DNA of 64,000 nt from Torpedo marmorata (Eukaryota): positions 138,694,001 through 138,758,000 of the forward strand of contig OZ360223.1 in NCBI GenBank assembly GCA_977017645.1, given 5' to 3'. The notes beneath the pieces were generated by a model, which had not been told where the DNA came from, did not search any database, and saw nothing but the letters and a program-made list of their open reading frames with translations. Shown in pieces: positions 62,389 through 64,000 of the stretch. Made by a program: the position numbers and the translations under genes. Position 1 is the stretch's first letter. Every line of letters starts with the position of its first letter.

Positions 62389-63216
62389 GGCCTTTTCACA
62401 CCGCCGAAGTTTGGCAACCCTCCTAGGACCCGGGTAAAGCTCCCGGGAAGGCTGCACCTCCAGGGCCTTTCACACCGCAGCCTTACTTACCTGGTAAATC
62501 GGCAACCGGGCATTTTAAGGGGGGTCCCGCCTCCAGCAATGATATCGCAAGTGACGCGTTTCGCACTCACAGGAAGCGTTTCGTACTATCCTTGCAAAAA
62601 ACAACGGGCCCGCTAAGGGCGGCGGCGGCTCAATGGCCGTCTTCATTACCCATAATCCCCCACGCAGCTGGAACCGCTCTGCCATTGTCAGCGCCAGGGA
62701 AACTGCGTGGGGGATTATGGGTAACGAAGACGGCCATTGATCCCGCATTGAGCCGCCGACACCCTGAGCGAGCCCGTTGTTTTTTTGATTTCAGTGAATA
62801 GGTGAAAGTCAACCGACAGGAGCGTTGACAGCTACAAGTTTTGCAATTTTAAAATACTTTTAATATTGTGGCATCGTTCCCTTTGGCATCGTTAAAGTAA
62901 CATTTCTATTGTTGTATCTCATTTCTATTGTTATTTGACGGCTTGTCAGTCAGTCAGGGGTTTTATGTGATGCACACACGCAGGCGCTGACGTCACTACT
63001 CTTACCAGGTAAGCCATTTGTGCTTTCACACCGCCAGAAGGCAATTGGCGGGTTAACTCAGACGGGCTCCGAGAGTACCCCCCGACCAGGTCTCGGAGCC
63101 CGGTCGATTTTGACCTGCCCTGCCCAGTTGGGACGTTTCACACCGCACGATTCCCGGGTAAGTTACCGGGTAAATTGCCAGGTTAAGCCATATGTACTCA
63201 GCGATGTGAAAGGGCC
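62389..63216. mobile_element. Asymmetric MITE of the same family as 58236-59955
   Basis: TA-GGCCTTTTCACAC...GTGAAAGGGCC-TA; right half matches 59500-59955, left 200 bp differ; central hairpin 62597-62787. Confidence 0.9.
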
Positions 63217-63239
63217 TACTAAAGCAGTCATACATTCAT

Positions 63240-63795
63240 ATAGCAATCAACTAGACAGATAAATCTTTGCTGCAAACAGATTCTCACCAGGGCCCTAATA
63301 ATTACCATATCTGGAATCCTGCACACAATCTGCTCTCCTTATCCTACTTGCAATAGGAGTGCAACAAATATTAACTGGATTGATTCCTAGGACGAAAGGT
63401 GGTCGTAAGAGATGAAACATGTTGGGCCCCTTATTAGAGTTTAAAAGAATGACATGATTTTACTGAAACATACAAAATTTTCACAGGGCTTGCGAATGCC
63501 TGATGATGTTTTTCCTTGTGTCATGGGTCACAAGCTCAAAATAGTAGAAAAGCTATTCAGGACAAAGGAGAAAAAAATAATCTACCAAAGGGTAGATGTT
63601 TGGAAATCATTTGCCTAAGAAGGCTGTGGAGTATTAGTGATTTAGTACATTCAATACTGATCAATAAGTTTTTGATAGAGGGAATCAAGGAATATCAGGT
63701 AGTATAAAAAATTGATGTCTTGGCTATCTTACTTTATGCTGGAGCAGGTACAAGGGGTCAAGTGGCTGACTTCTGCTTCTGTTTCTTATGTTCTC
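63240..63795 (+). mobile_element. Degraded CR1 3' fragment
   Basis: ACTGAAACATACAAAATT and TTCTTATGTTC tail. Confidence 0.6.
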
Positions 63796-64000
63796 GTAGC
63801 CTCATGATAGGGAGTCAAGTGGACCTCTTGAGTGAGGCCAAGCATCAGAGTCTCATTATATTGCATGGCAGAGGCAGTATGGGGCACCATGTGTCCAACC
63901 CTCACTCCCACTGATGTCTTTATTGGTGTTCTTATGAATTTTTAACACTAAGCTACTAGAGGGTAGACACTAGAGAGGGAGACACTTGGTTAAGGCAGAA

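Overview
Vertebrate genomic DNA, almost certainly a cartilaginous fish judging by its repeats (CR1, V-domain SINEs, Penelope-like and Rex1/Babar elements). Two genes lie tail-to-tail, as in the human PRRC2C-MYOC locus. Myocilin (MYOC, + strand) is complete with 3 coding exons (10213-10651, 11991-12119, 15002-15786; 450 aa) and a TATA box at 10153. PRRC2C (- strand) is represented by its last 23 coding exons (60767 to 18138, about 2,095 aa, all GT-AG and phase-compatible); its 5' end lies beyond the window. The rest is nested transposable elements. The most notable observations are: (1) Penelope-like elements carrying minimal hammerhead-ribozyme motifs with a non-canonical UUGAUGA core, including a 149-bp unit with a 15-bp TSD; (2) a near-perfect palindromic MITE inserted at the axis of an older palindrome, with its asymmetric relative 2.4 kb away and a PRRC2C exon between them; (3) a 5S-rRNA-headed element sharing a Rex1-type 3' tail with another non-autonomous family; (4) a myocilin coiled coil six heptads shorter than human; (5) several candidate cassette, poison or micro-exons and a miRNA-like hairpin in PRRC2C introns. 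All calls were made by eye; family names and human comparisons come from recalled motifs, not database searches.
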